Assembly: GCF_032116555.1 (NCBI RefSeq)
Contig: NZ_CP134949.1
Location: 1,426,001 to 1,490,000, forward strand
Direction of reading: 5' to 3'
Length of the DNA stretch: 64,000 nt
Origin: Halorarum halobium
GTDB taxonomy: Archaea > Halobacteriota > Halobacteria > Halobacteriales > Haloferacaceae
Shown: positions 29,178 through 39,959 of the stretch, in pieces
How the letters are laid out: every line of letters begins with the position of its first letter
Position numbering within the stretch: the first letter of the stretch is position 1
Made by a program: the position numbers and the translations under genes
The notes under the pieces: generated by a model
The model's database searches: none
What the model was told of the DNA's origin: nothing
Seen by the model: the letters and a program-made list of their open reading frames with translations, nothing else

Positions 29178-29965
29178 GCGAAAGCGAAAACGACACAGAC
29201 GAGGCGCCCGCCGAGGAGGAGGTCGAGGAGACCGAGACCGAGGCAGAGACGGCGCCCGAGACGAACGCACAGCCGGACGAGGCGGCCGAGGCCGCCGACT
29301 CCGAGGGAGCCGAGGAGTCCGAGGAGGGCGCGGAAGCCGACGAGGCCGAGACGCGCTTCGACGAGGACGTCATGCCGGACGAGGAGGCCGACCTCCTCAT
29401 CCCGGTCGAGGACTACCTCTCGGCCGGCGTCCACATCGGCACCCAGCAGAAGACGAAGGACATGGAGCGGTTCATCCACCGCGTCCGCGACGACGGCCTC
29501 TACGTGCTCGACGTGAGCCAGACGGACGGCCGAATCCGGACGGCGGCGAACTTCCTCGCCAACTACGACCCCGAGCAGGTGCTCGTCACCTCCTCGCGGC
29601 AGTACGGCCGGTTCCCGGCCGAGAAGTTCGCCGAGGCCATCGGGGCCCGCGCCCGCACCGGGCGCTTCATCCCGGGGACGCTGACGAACCCCGAGTACGC
29701 CGGCTACATCGAGCCGGACGTCGTGGTCGTCACCGACCCGATCGGCGACGCGCAGGCGGTCAAGGAGGCCATCACGGTGGGCATCCCGGTCATCGCCATG
29801 TGCGACTCGAACAACCAGCTCAGCAACGTCGATCTCGTCGTCCCGACGAACAACAAGGGCCGCCGCGCGCTGTCGGTCGTCTACTGGCTGCTCGCCAACG
29901 AGACGCTCGACCGCCGCGGCGCCGAACCCACCTACGCCCTCGAGGACTTCGAGGCGGAGATCTAG
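29174..29965 (+). CDS. rps2: 30S ribosomal protein S2
   Basis: [25 protein letters not shown]; acidic N-terminal extension. Confidence 0.98.
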   Translation: MSESENDTDEAPAEEEVEETETEAETAPETNAQPDEAAEAADSEGAEESEEGAEADEAETRFDEDVMPDEEADLLIPVEDYLSAGVHIGTQQKTKDMERFIHRVRDDGLYVLDVSQTDGRIRTAANFLANYDPEQVLVTSSRQYGRFPAEKFAEAIGARARTGRFIPGTLTNPEYAGYIEPDVVVVTDPIGDAQAVKEAITVGIPVIAMCDSNNQLSNVDLVVPTNNKGRRALSVVYWLLANETLDRRGAEPTYALEDFEAEI

Positions 29966-30064
29966 TCGGGACCAGATTTTCAGTTTCTCCCGCCGGGGTC
30001 GACACCACTCGGTAGCCGTGGCACTGTCGATCCGGTCGTCCCGAAACCGAACTCCCGTGGGCCG

Positions 30065-30415
30065 TTACTCCGCGAGCACCCGCTCGGCGGTCCGCCTGTC
30101 CGGAGCGGTCCGTTCGGCGTTCGACACCGCCTCGCCCTCGCCGACCCTGACCACGGCACGAGCACCGGCGAACTCGAGAACCCGTTCCCACTCGGCGAGC
30201 GTGGGGAGCGCCCCCGGGTCGTCCGCCGTGAACTGCCGGGCGTCGATGATGACCGTGAACCCGGACTCGCACTGCTCTGCGGCGTGTCTGACGCGGGCCA
30301 TCGCGGCGACGACTCCCGACGTGGAGAACGCGCCCGAGAGTGTGAGATACAGCCGGTTTCCGTCCGGGTCTCGGTTCACTGTCGGGCCGGAGTTGGTGGG
30401 AGTCGTCGAACTCAT
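30065..30415 (-). CDS. Hypothetical protein, possibly SpoIIAA/STAS-like
   Basis: NRLYLTLSG..F, GFTVIIDARQF, GARAVVRV pattern; start at ATG 30415 or 30451. Confidence 0.55.
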   Translation of the reverse strand: MSSTTPTNSGPTVNRDPDGNRLYLTLSGAFSTSGVVAAMARVRHAAEQCESGFTVIIDARQFTADDPGALPTLAEWERVLEFAGARAVVRVGEGEAVSNAERTAPDRRTAERVLAE

Positions 30416-30900
30416 CGAACTGGACACGGGGCCGGGAGCACATAATTCCACCGCCTGATTATTTGATTGGATAACTGGAAGGGATAACCAGTCGCCGTCC
30501 GTCCGGTTCCACCGTCCCGTTCGGTTGGTTCCCCGGTGAAGACGGGTTGGCGAAGGTTTCGGCGCGTTCGCCGTCGATTACTCCGGGGAGACGACGCTCG
30601 TGGGAACGCGAGCGCTGGTCGGAACGAACCGGCCGTACGAGAAGCGTCCATCCGCGGAACCGGGGACCGAGCGCCCGTCGACACGGGCTGCGGCGCGGCG
30701 CCCTTCCCCCTGCCCCGTCCCCGGTCGAGCCGCGACGAACGAACTGTCACACGCGCAGTGGCGACGCTGCGCCACAGCATCAAGAGCGGCCGTCTCTAGC
30801 TTAAACCTACCGGTGCGGTATCAGTACGAAAAGAAGTCCCTCCCGCTCGCACGCGGGCGGGAGTCGCAACTTCTGTTACCCCTCCCCCGGAGTAGGAGAT

Positions 30901-31917
30901 ATGACTACCTGCAGCGCGCCGGGGAAGGTGTACCTCTTCGGCGAGCACGCCGTCGTCTACGGCGAGCCTGCGGTCCCCTGTGCCATCGAGCGGCGGGCGC
31001 GTGTCACCGCCGAACCCCGCGAGGACGGCCGGGTCCGGGTCGAGGCTGCCGACCTCTCGCTGGACGGGTTCACCGTCACCTGGGGCGACGGGACCGACGA
31101 CCACCCGGACATCGACGCGCCGACGCCGCTCGTGGAGGCCGGGATGGGCTACGTCAACGAGGCGGTCGAACAGGCCAGGGACGCGGCCGACGCGCCCGAG
31201 GTCGGCTTCGACGTCACCGTCGAGTCGGACATCCCGCTCGGCGCGGGGCTGGGCTCCTCGGCGGCGGTCGTCGCCGCGGGCATCGACGCCGGCACCCGCT
31301 CGCTCGGCGTCGAACTCCCTCCCGAGGAGATCGCGGACCGCGCGTACCGCGCCGAGTACGAGGTACAGGACGGCCAGGCGTCCCGTGCCGACACGTTCTG
31401 TTCGACGATGGGCGGGGCCGTCCGCGTCGAGGGCGCGGACTGCCGGACCATCGACGCGCCGGAACTGCCGCTGGTCGTCGGCTACGACGGCGGCGCGGGC
31501 GACACCGGGAAACTCGTCGCCGGGGTCCGGGCGCTTCGTGACGAGTACGAGTTCGCGGCCGACACCGTCGCGGCCATCGGCGACGTGGTCCGCGAAGGGA
31601 CCGAGGTGCTCCGCGAGGCCGACCCGGACGGGGAGGCCGACCCGGACCTGCTCGCCGAACTGGGTCGTCTGATGAACTTCGATCACGGCCTGCTGTCGGC
31701 GCTGGGCGTCTCCTCCCGCTCGCTCGACGCGATGGTCTGGGCCGCCCGCGACGCCGACGCCCACGGCGCGAAACTCACCGGCGCGGGCGGGGGCGGCTGC
31801 ATCGTCGCGCTCGACGAGACCGGCGGGACGGAGACGGCGCTCGATTACACGCCGGGCTGTGAGAGATCGTTCCGCGCGGAACTTGCGACCGAGGGGGTGC
31901 GCGTCGAGGAGCCATGA
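30901..31917 (+). CDS. mvk: Mevalonate kinase
   Basis: SAPGKVYLFGEHAVVYG, PLGAGLGSSAA, AKLTGAGGGG (GHMP motifs). Confidence 0.97.
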   Translation: MTTCSAPGKVYLFGEHAVVYGEPAVPCAIERRARVTAEPREDGRVRVEAADLSLDGFTVTWGDGTDDHPDIDAPTPLVEAGMGYVNEAVEQARDAADAPEVGFDVTVESDIPLGAGLGSSAAVVAAGIDAGTRSLGVELPPEEIADRAYRAEYEVQDGQASRADTFCSTMGGAVRVEGADCRTIDAPELPLVVGYDGGAGDTGKLVAGVRALRDEYEFAADTVAAIGDVVREGTEVLREADPDGEADPDLLAELGRLMNFDHGLLSALGVSSRSLDAMVWAARDADAHGAKLTGAGGGGCIVALDETGGTETALDYTPGCERSFRAELATEGVRVEEP

Positions 31918-32648
31918 CGGTCGTCCTGAAGCTCGGCGGCTCGGTGATCACCGAGAAGGACAGCCCGGAGACGCTGGACGGGCGGGCGCTCGACGCGCTC
32001 GCGGCTGCCATCGCGGCGGCCGACGTCGAGAACCTGGTGATCGTCCACGGCGGCGGCTCGTTCGGCCACCACCACGCCTCGGCCCACGGCGTCTCGACGA
32101 CGGAGGGGTCACACGACACGGCGGCGATCATGGACGTCCACGGCGCGATGACGACGCTCAACCGGTTCGTCCTGAGTCGGCTCCACGAACACGACGTGCC
32201 CGCGCTCCCCGTCCACCCGTTCTCGGCGGCCGCCCGCGACGAACACGCGACCCTCTCGATGCCGACCGACCAGGTCGGAACGATGCTGGAGGAAGGGTTC
32301 GTCCCCGTGCTCCACGGCGACGGCGTCGTCCACGCGGGCGAGGGCGTGACGGTGCTCTCGGGCGACGAACTGGTGACACACCTCGCGTCGGCGCTCGACG
32401 CGGACCGGGTCGGCGTCTGTTCGACGGTCCCGGGCGTGCTGGACGCCGAGGACGCGGTGGTCCCCGAGATCGACTCGTTCGAGGAGGTGGCGGACCTGCT
32501 CGGCGCGAGCGACGCCACGGACGTCAGCGGCGGCATGGCCGGCAAGGTGCGGGAACTGCTCGACCTGGGCGCGCCGGCACACGTGTTCGGCCCCGACGCG
32601 CTGGCGGCGTTCCTGGCGGGCGGCGAGCCGGGAACCAGGATCGGTTGA
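31914..32648 (+). CDS. ipk: Isopentenyl phosphate kinase
   Basis: LKLGGSVITEK, HGGGSFGH, LSGDE, DVSGGMAGK; coupled to mvk. Confidence 0.95.
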   Translation: MTVVLKLGGSVITEKDSPETLDGRALDALAAAIAAADVENLVIVHGGGSFGHHHASAHGVSTTEGSHDTAAIMDVHGAMTTLNRFVLSRLHEHDVPALPVHPFSAAARDEHATLSMPTDQVGTMLEEGFVPVLHGDGVVHAGEGVTVLSGDELVTHLASALDADRVGVCSTVPGVLDAEDAVVPEIDSFEEVADLLGASDATDVSGGMAGKVRELLDLGAPAHVFGPDALAAFLAGGEPGTRIG

Positions 32649-32661
32649 GCCGACGCCCCGC

Positions 32662-33564
32662 TCACCCGAACGCGCGTCGCAGTCCCGACCGCAGCGACCG
32701 TCGTTTCACGACGAGGAACGCGAGCAGGATGAGCAGGAACCCGGCGACGGTGTCCCACGTCACCGTCTCGTCGAGCACGAGCCAGCCGAACAGCGCGGTG
32801 AACGGTGGGATGGCGTACTCCAGCATCCCGGCCTGGATCGGACCGAGCCTGTCGAGCAGCCGGAAGTACAGCAGGAAGCCGCCCGCGCCGGGAACCACGC
32901 CGAGGTAGACGAGCCAGCCGACGCTCTCGGCTGTCGCGGTCACGTCGCCGAAGCCCTGCCCGAGGGCGACCGCCGCGAGATGGAGCGACGCGGCACCGAC
33001 GAACGCCATCCAGGCCTGCATCGGGAGCGGCGAGAGCGTCGCCCCGTCCTCCCGGGTCGTCACCGCGCCCAGCACCCACGCGACCGCCGAGCCGAACACG
33101 AACAGCGCACCGGCGTTCGACGCGAGCGCCCGTGGCTCAGGCCTCGCGACGACGAGCAGGCCGGCGAACCCGACGACCACGCCGGCCGCGCTGACGGCGT
33201 CCAGCCGCTCGTCCGGACGGAGGACCCGCGTCGCCATCGGCGTGAGCACGGGGATGAGACCGACCAGCGTCGCGGCGACGGCGCTCGTCACGTACGCCTG
33301 GCCGCTGAACAGGAGCGCGTGGTGCGCGCCGATGCTGAACAGCCCGCCCGTTGCGATGGGCCGAAGGTCGCCGGCGCCATCGGGGCGGATGGACCGCCCG
33401 GTGGCGAACGCGAGCGCGAACAGGAGCACCGACGCAACGTCGAACCGCAGGGCGGCGAGCAGTACGGGTGGGAAGTCCGGAAGCGCCGCCTTCGTCGCCA
33501 CGAACGCGGTTCCCCAGACCGCGGCGAGCGCGAGAAAGCCAGTCCAGTCCCCGAGGTCGCTCAC
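32662..33564 (-). CDS. DMT/EamA family transporter
   Basis: About 10 TM segments, AAVWGTAFVATK, PPVLLAALRF; GTG start overlapping the upstream stop. Confidence 0.92.
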   Translation of the reverse strand: MSDLGDWTGFLALAAVWGTAFVATKAALPDFPPVLLAALRFDVASVLLFALAFATGRSIRPDGAGDLRPIATGGLFSIGAHHALLFSGQAYVTSAVAATLVGLIPVLTPMATRVLRPDERLDAVSAAGVVVGFAGLLVVARPEPRALASNAGALFVFGSAVAWVLGAVTTREDGATLSPLPMQAWMAFVGAASLHLAAVALGQGFGDVTATAESVGWLVYLGVVPGAGGFLLYFRLLDRLGPIQAGMLEYAIPPFTALFGWLVLDETVTWDTVAGFLLILLAFLVVKRRSLRSGLRRAFG

Positions 33565-34319
33565 ACCTCGAACCGGAGACCGTCGCGCGCCACCCGAACG
33601 TCGCCGTCGAACCGCTCGCGTACGCTCTCGATCATTTCCTCGTGACGGCCCTCGGTGTGCGGATAGAGGTGCGTCAGGTACAGTCGCCCGACGTCGTATC
33701 CGGAAAGCGCCGCGCCGAGCTGGCTCGGGATCGGGTGGTTGTCGACGTCGACCTCGTCGGGGAACGAGCAGTCGTGCGCGAGCACTTTCGCGCCGTCGGC
33801 GAACGTCGAGAGCCCCTCGAACGCCTCCGTGTCGCCCGAGAAGACGAACTCGTCGTCGCTCCCGGGCTCGGAGAACCGGTAGGCGAGACACGGCATCGAG
33901 TGGCGGGTCTCCCGCGCGGCGACCTCGAAGCCGGAGACGGCGAACGGCTCGTTCGGGTGGATCTCCCGGACCTGGAGGTCGACGCGACCGTCGAGATAAT
34001 CGTGAACGCCGAGCAGGTCGTCGACCAGCGCCTTGGTTCCCGTCGGCCCGACGACCTCGAGGTGGTCCTCGCCCGCGAGCCAGCGGGCCTTCAGCAACGC
34101 GAGCAGGTCCGAGACGTGGTCGAGGTGGTGGTGGGTGAGCAGCACCGTCGAGACGGCCTCGTAGCCGGGATCTGTCTGGGAGAGCCGGTGGAGGACGCCC
34201 GCACCGCAGTCGACCAGGAGCGGCCCGCCGTCGTCGGCCGCGGGTTCGAGGAGGAGCCCCGTCTGGACCCGCTCGGCCAGCGGCATCGCGGAGCCGGTGC
34301 CGAGGAACGTGACGCGCAT
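33561..34319 (-). CDS. MBL-fold metallo-hydrolase (RNase Z/arylsulfatase-like)
   Basis: FLGTGS, LVDCG, THHHLDHVSD, SGDT, THLYP. Confidence 0.92.
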   Translation of the reverse strand: MRVTFLGTGSAMPLAERVQTGLLLEPAADDGGPLLVDCGAGVLHRLSQTDPGYEAVSTVLLTHHHLDHVSDLLALLKARWLAGEDHLEVVGPTGTKALVDDLLGVHDYLDGRVDLQVREIHPNEPFAVSGFEVAARETRHSMPCLAYRFSEPGSDDEFVFSGDTEAFEGLSTFADGAKVLAHDCSFPDEVDVDNHPIPSQLGAALSGYDVGRLYLTHLYPHTEGRHEEMIESVRERFDGDVRVARDGLRFEV

Positions 34320-34392
34320 GTCATCGGGTCCGGCGGCGCGTCGGATAGCCGTGGCGGTTGGTGCGAGGAGGGGACGCCGGGGTCGGTCGGCC

Positions 34393-34818
34393 TCAGCCGT
34401 CTGCGAGTCCGAGCTGTTCGAACGTCTCCTGTCGGTCGAAGCAGGTCCGGTACTCCTGAATCCTCCCGTCATCGACGCGATAGCTTGCCATCTCTCGAAC
34501 CTCGGCCGTCCGTCCCGTCGGTGCGATCCCTTGGAACTCGCCCTCGTGGGTCATCGAGAGCGTCGCCTCGTACATCACCACGTCGTCGCTCGACAGCATC
34601 TCGTGAACCGTCACCCGGAAGTCGGGGAAGCCGGACAGGATTCCCCGCATGAACGCCTCCAGGTCCTCCCGTCCGTGGAGGGCGCCCCCGGGTGCGGTCG
34701 GGTTGTGGGCCACGACGGACTCGGAGACGAGGTCCGGTAGCCTCCCGAACTCCCGTTCGTTCCATGCCGTGACGTACGCATCGACGATCGGCTCGGGTTT
34801 CGCTTCGATCTTAGACAT
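34393..34818 (-). CDS. SnoaL-like ester cyclase (NTF2 fold)
   Basis: GFPDFRVTV, THEGEFQGIAPTGR, YRVDDGRI. Confidence 0.9.
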   Translation of the reverse strand: MSKIEAKPEPIVDAYVTAWNEREFGRLPDLVSESVVAHNPTAPGGALHGREDLEAFMRGILSGFPDFRVTVHEMLSSDDVVMYEATLSMTHEGEFQGIAPTGRTAEVREMASYRVDDGRIQEYRTCFDRQETFEQLGLADG

Positions 34819-34964
34819 CCGTGAGCCACCGTGTGTTACTGGGGCGCAGCGCCGCTTAGCGTTACGCCGTGGGAGCGTTCCCACGGTGTGGACGGCAGTG
34901 GGCCCACACGCCGATGGATGTCCTGCCCGGGGGACTTTTACGCGACGGCGTGGTAATAAATGAC

Positions 34965-35786
34965 ATGGGCGGCGCGCTCGAGGGCGTTCGGTTCCTGGCG
35001 AACTCCGCGAACCGTGTGCGGGTCCTGGAGGCGCTCGCGGACGGGTCGGCGACCCGACGCGAGGTTCAGGAGACGACGGGAATCCCCCGCTCGACGGTGG
35101 CCAGGAACCTCGCCGCGGCCGAGGACCGCGGGTGGGTCAGTTCGGAGGGGAGCCGCTACGACCTCACAACGTCGGGTGAACTGTGGGTGGCGGAGTTCCG
35201 CGGCTACCTGGAGACCACGGCCGGGATGAAGCACCTCGGTCCCGCCATCGAGTGGCTTCCCGACCCCGCGTACGAACTCGACTTCCGTCACTTCCGGGGC
35301 GCGACCGTCACCACGCCGACGGACGGTAATCCGACCGCCCCGTTCGATAGGGCGCTGAAGCTCGTTCGGGAGGCGGACTCGTACCGTGGCCTCACGCAGA
35401 ATTCGCTTCCACAACTCATGAGCGTCGTCCGCGACCGCGTCGTCGCCGACGAACTGGCATACGAGGGCGTCATCGAAGCCAGCTTTCTCGACGTCGTCCG
35501 GGAGAGTGAGGATCGGGCGGCACGCTGGCGGGGTATCGCATCCCGAATGTATCGGTACGACGGCCACGTCCCCCTCAACGTGCACATCGTCGACGGGCGG
35601 ACGCTCCTCTGGCTCTGCACCGAGAACGAAGCCGGCGAGGACGTGATCGTCAAGGGGCTACTGGAGAGCGAGGTGCCGGCTGTAGTCTCGTGGACGGAGT
35701 CACTGTACGAGGAGTTCCGGGCCGAATCGGACCCGGTCGACGCCGAACTGATGTCGCCGGAGGGGCCGGATCCGCCGGAGTCCTGA
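34965..35786 (+). CDS. Haloarchaeal winged-HTH transcription regulator
   Basis: FLANSANRVRVLEAL, TRREVQETTGIPRSTVARNL, RGWV; divergent from the SnoaL gene. Confidence 0.88.
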   Translation: MGGALEGVRFLANSANRVRVLEALADGSATRREVQETTGIPRSTVARNLAAAEDRGWVSSEGSRYDLTTSGELWVAEFRGYLETTAGMKHLGPAIEWLPDPAYELDFRHFRGATVTTPTDGNPTAPFDRALKLVREADSYRGLTQNSLPQLMSVVRDRVVADELAYEGVIEASFLDVVRESEDRAARWRGIASRMYRYDGHVPLNVHIVDGRTLLWLCTENEAGEDVIVKGLLESEVPAVVSWTESLYEEFRAESDPVDAELMSPEGPDPPES

Positions 35787-35911
35787 TTCCGCTACGGGAT
35801 CGCCCCCGGTGTAGCCCGAGCCGTCACCGCGCTCGTCCGGCGCCGCTCCCGCTCGATTTCACTTCCGGCGTCGGCACAACCCACTTACCCGCTCGCCACG
35901 TCCCCTCGCCA

Positions 35912-38713
35912 ATGCGAGGACGGGAACTGCTCGCGACGTCCGGGATCGACTACGGCTTCGACCCCGCGTCGGTTCCCGTCGAGGACGGCGACGTGCTCGA
36001 CCTGCTCGAACCGTCGGTCCGGGAGTGGTGGGTCGACCAGTTCGGCGAGTACGTCCCGGGAAACGGCGGCTTCTTCACCCCGCCACAGCGCGAGGCGATC
36101 CCGCTCATCCGCGAGGGGACGAACAGCCTCATCTGCTCGCCGACGGGGTCGGGCAAGACGCTCGCCTCCTTCACCGCGATCATCAACGACCTCTACCGCC
36201 GGGAGCGCGAGCGAGCGGACGGGCTCGACAACGCGGTGTACTGCCTCTACGTCTCCCCGCTCAAGTCGCTCGCCAACGACATCCACCGGAACCTCGAACG
36301 CCCGCTCGCCGGCATCAAGGAGAACCTCGCGGCCGACGGGCACGAGACGGAGATCCGCCACGCCATCCGCCACGGCGACACGAGCGACAGCGAGCGACAG
36401 CGGATGCTCGAGGAGACGCCCCACATCCTCAACACGACGCCCGAGACGCTCGCCATCCTGCTGAACTCCCCGAAGTTCAAGGAGAAACTGGCGAGCGTCG
36501 AGTACGTCGTCGTCGACGAGATTCACAGTCTCGCGGGCAACAAGCGCGGCACGCACCTGTCGGTCTCGCTGGAACGGCTCGAACGAATGTGCGAGGGATC
36601 GCCGACGCGAATCGGCTGTTCGGCGACCGTCGAGCCGCTGGAGACGATGGCCGAGTTCCTCGTGGGGGGCGAACGGACGGCGGGAAACTCCGGTGCCGGT
36701 GGAGGTGCGGGCGACTGGGAGCCACGCGAGTACGAGATCGTCGACACCCGGTTCGTCCGCGAGTTCGACCTCCGACTGGAGTGTCCGACCGACGACCTCA
36801 TCGGCACGCCCCGGGACGTCGTCACCGACCGCTTCTACGACCGCCTCCACGACCTGATCGGCGACCACGAGAACACGCTCGTCTTCACGAACACCCGGTC
36901 GGGCGCCGAGCGGGTGCTCGGCACCCTCCGCGAGCGGTTCGACGCGTACGACGGGGACAACTCCGGCTGTCACCACGGGTCGATGTCGAAGGGGACGCGG
37001 GAGTCGATCGAGGCGAAGCTGAAATCGGGCGACGTGGACGTCGTCACCTCCTCCACGTCGCTCGAACTCGGCATCGACATGCCCCACATCGACCTGGTCG
37101 TCCAAGTGGGCTCCCCCAAGTCGGTCGCCTCGCTGCTCCAGCGCGTCGGCCGCGCCGGCCACCGCCTCGGGCAGACCGTCGAGGGGCGGGTCGTCGCGCT
37201 CGACCGCGACGAACTCGTCGAGTGTGCGGTAATGTTGCGGAAGGCCGAGGAGGGGTTCGTCGACCGCGTGTTCGTCCCCGAGAACGCCCGGGACGTCGCC
37301 GCCCAGCAGGTGTACGGGATGGCGATCAACGACGTGTGGCGCGAGTCGGACCTGCGCGAGACGCTGGGTCGGGCGTACCCGTACCGGAACTACGACGGTT
37401 GCGACTGGGAGGAACTCATGCGGTATCTCACGGCCGGCTACGAGGGGATGGAGGATCGGAACGTGTACGCGAAAGTCTGGCGCGACACGAACGACGCGCC
37501 CGACGGCGAGCACCACTACCCCGAGTACGACGTCGGCGAGCCCCTGATCGGAAAACGCGGCCGGCTCGCACGGGTCATCTACATGACGAACGTCGGCACC
37601 ATCCCGGACTCGTTCACCTGCGACGTCTACACCCGCGCCGACGACGAGTGGGTGGGACAACTGGACGAGAACTACCTCGACACGCTGGAGCCGGGCGACG
37701 TGTTCCAGCTCGGCGGCGGCACCTACGAGTACCGCTACCGGCGCGGCTCGAAGGTCCGCGTCGACCCCTCGAGCGCCCGGCCCACCGTCCCGTCGTGGTA
37801 CTCCGAACGGCTCCCGCTGAGCTACGACCTCGGACGGGAGGTGCTCGACTTCCAGGCGGCGGTCCTCGACCGGCTCGAGGACGGCGGCCAGCCCGCGGCC
37901 CGCGAGTGGCTCCGGGAGTTCCCGCTCGACGAGAACTCGGTGCGGGCCCTCGCGCGGACGTTCGACGAGCAGGTTCGCTACGCCGGCCGGGAGTCGGTGT
38001 CGACGCCCGACAGGCTGGCGATCGAAGTCGAACTGGACCGGGAGGAGTACCGCCGGCACTACTACGTCCACTCGAACTACGGCCGCGAGTTCAACGACGG
38101 CCTCTCGCGGCTCGTCGCGTACCACTGCACGAGACGGGCGAACACGAACGTCCAGGTCGCGGTCGCCGACAACGGCTTCACGGTCTCGATGCCGCTCAAC
38201 CGGAAGGTGGACGTGCCGGGCGTCATCGAGGAGCTCGATCCAGACGAGGTCCTTCCGGACCTCCGTGCGGCCCTCGACGGGACCGACCTGCTGAAGCGCT
38301 ACTTCCGCATCAACGCGACGCGGGCGCTGATGATCCTCAAGCGGTACAAGGGGTACGAGAAGTCGGCCGCCCAGCAGCAGGTGTCCTCGGAGATGCTCAT
38401 CTCGTTCGCGCGGGACCTCGACTCGTTCGCGGTGATGGAGGAGACGTACCGCGAGATCACCGAGGACAAACTGAACCTCGGGGGCGTCCGGGAGGTGCTC
38501 GGCCGCGTGCAGGCGGGCGAGATCGACGTCGTGGACCGGGAGGTCGAGAGCCCGTCGCCCCGGGCGTTCGGCCTGGCGACGCTGATGGCGAGCGACGTCG
38601 TGCTCGCCGAGGACGAGTCGGCCGTGCTCCAGGAGTTCCACGAGCGCGTCATGGACGAACTCGGCGACGACGCGAGCGACGGCGCGCTGGCCGAGATCGA
38701 GGGCGACGACTGA
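35912..38713 (+). CDS. lhr: Lhr-family ATP-dependent DEAD/H helicase
   Basis: SPTGSGKT, SPLKSL.ND, DEIH, SAT, HHGS, LELGID, QRVGRAGH. Confidence 0.95.
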   Translation: MRGRELLATSGIDYGFDPASVPVEDGDVLDLLEPSVREWWVDQFGEYVPGNGGFFTPPQREAIPLIREGTNSLICSPTGSGKTLASFTAIINDLYRRERERADGLDNAVYCLYVSPLKSLANDIHRNLERPLAGIKENLAADGHETEIRHAIRHGDTSDSERQRMLEETPHILNTTPETLAILLNSPKFKEKLASVEYVVVDEIHSLAGNKRGTHLSVSLERLERMCEGSPTRIGCSATVEPLETMAEFLVGGERTAGNSGAGGGAGDWEPREYEIVDTRFVREFDLRLECPTDDLIGTPRDVVTDRFYDRLHDLIGDHENTLVFTNTRSGAERVLGTLRERFDAYDGDNSGCHHGSMSKGTRESIEAKLKSGDVDVVTSSTSLELGIDMPHIDLVVQVGSPKSVASLLQRVGRAGHRLGQTVEGRVVALDRDELVECAVMLRKAEEGFVDRVFVPENARDVAAQQVYGMAINDVWRESDLRETLGRAYPYRNYDGCDWEELMRYLTAGYEGMEDRNVYAKVWRDTNDAPDGEHHYPEYDVGEPLIGKRGRLARVIYMTNVGTIPDSFTCDVYTRADDEWVGQLDENYLDTLEPGDVFQLGGGTYEYRYRRGSKVRVDPSSARPTVPSWYSERLPLSYDLGREVLDFQAAVLDRLEDGGQPAAREWLREFPLDENSVRALARTFDEQVRYAGRESVSTPDRLAIEVELDREEYRRHYYVHSNYGREFNDGLSRLVAYHCTRRANTNVQVAVADNGFTVSMPLNRKVDVPGVIEELDPDEVLPDLRAALDGTDLLKRYFRINATRALMILKRYKGYEKSAAQQQVSSEMLISFARDLDSFAVMEETYREITEDKLNLGGVREVLGRVQAGEIDVVDREVESPSPRAFGLATLMASDVVLAEDESAVLQEFHERVMDELGDDASDGALAEIEGDD

Positions 38714-38908
38714 ACCGCTCGCTCTCGGAACACGGGGACGTGGTCGAGGCGAGCACCGCGGTCGCCTCGCGACGACACCGACGGTGGCGAGGAATTTCAC
38801 GTCGGGATGGATGCCATGACCCCGGAGGAACTCAGCCGGAAAGCGTGTCCGCTTCCTGATCGGAAGCTCGATCCCAAAGGCTATCTGTTTTTCGTCTGAT
38901 GTCTACGT

Positions 38909-39448
38909 ATGCTGCCCTCCTTTCGGCTGACGCTTCGAAAGGCCTGTAAACGGTACGGCCCCGGTCGTCTTCCCAGCGCAGATCGCCCCGACGTCGGCGC
39001 CGGATACGCAGCCGCTTCCGCGGCGGTTTTCGCGACCGTCCTGTACGGCATCGTGCTGAGCGCGTATGCCGTGGGAGGGCCGAGCGACGACTGGATCGCG
39101 AGTTTCCTGTTTCCCGCCCTCGCGCTCCCGCTCGTCGTGCCGTCGGCGTTTCTCCTCGGCGTCGTCGGCTGGCGGCTGTCGCCGTCGGCCTCCTCGTTCG
39201 CCGGCATCGTTGCCGGCGGGCTCGGAGCGATCGCGACGTATCTCGTGTCGCTCGTCCTCCTCGCGGGAGTGCTCGCCGCCGGAGCCGTCCTTTCACTGAC
39301 CGGTGGGACCCTCGTGGAGGCCGCCGAGTTCTCGGCAGCGCTCGTCGCGCTGGCGTTCGTTCTCACGTGGTGGGTCTCCATCCCGGTCGGCTGCCTCTCG
39401 GGACTGGTGTACATGAACGTGACCGGGACCGCCGCGAACGCCACGTGA
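38909..39448 (+). CDS. Hypothetical membrane protein (4 TM)
   Basis: Four hydrophobic segments; start uncertain. Confidence 0.7.
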   Translation: MLPSFRLTLRKACKRYGPGRLPSADRPDVGAGYAAASAAVFATVLYGIVLSAYAVGGPSDDWIASFLFPALALPLVVPSAFLLGVVGWRLSPSASSFAGIVAGGLGAIATYLVSLVLLAGVLAAGAVLSLTGGTLVEAAEFSAALVALAFVLTWWVSIPVGCLSGLVYMNVTGTAANAT

Positions 39449-39499
39449 CCGAGCGCCGATACCCCTCACCCTTTTGATGGAGCGTCTGAACCCACGCCC

Positions 39500-39958
39500 A
39501 TGGAGACACTCGACTCTCGCGTCCGTCTGGTCTGGATCGCGGGCACGCTCGTCACGGCCGGCGTCCTCGCCGTGATCGGCTACGGCCTCCTGCGGTTCGA
39601 CCTCCCGGTCCCCCGGGCGCTCGTCGTCGCCGTCGTCGCGCTCGTGGCGATCGCCGGCGTCGTGCTCGCGCTCCTCCGCTACCGCGTCTGGCGGTTCGAG
39701 GTGCGAGAGGACTCGCTGTATCTCGTTCGCGGCGTGCTGACGCGGACCGACACCTCGGTGCCGTTCGTCCGCGTCCAGCACGTGGACACCCGACGCGGGC
39801 CGGTCGAGCGCGCGGTCGGCCTGGCGAGCGTCGTCGTCTACACCGCCGGCACCCGCGGCGCGGACATCTCGATCCCCGGACTGACGCCGGAGCGCGCCCG
39901 GAGCCTCCGCGAGCGACTGCGCGATCTCGCGACCGAGAGCGAGCTGGACGCCGTCTGA
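39500..39958 (+). CDS. Bacterial PH-domain membrane protein (YdbS-like)
   Basis: 2 TM segments plus RGVL....VPFVRVQHVDTRRGPVER. Confidence 0.9.
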   Translation: METLDSRVRLVWIAGTLVTAGVLAVIGYGLLRFDLPVPRALVVAVVALVAIAGVVLALLRYRVWRFEVREDSLYLVRGVLTRTDTSVPFVRVQHVDTRRGPVERAVGLASVVVYTAGTRGADISIPGLTPERARSLRERLRDLATESELDAV

Positions 39959-39959
39959 G

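Noticed and set aside
29174..29350. Highly acidic repetitive N-terminus of S2
   Set aside because: Acidic extensions are usual in haloarchaeal ribosomal proteins.
38899..38949. Possible frameshifted start of the 38909-39448 membrane protein (upstream ATG in another frame)
   Set aside because: Cannot be distinguished from a chance ATG without homologue alignment.
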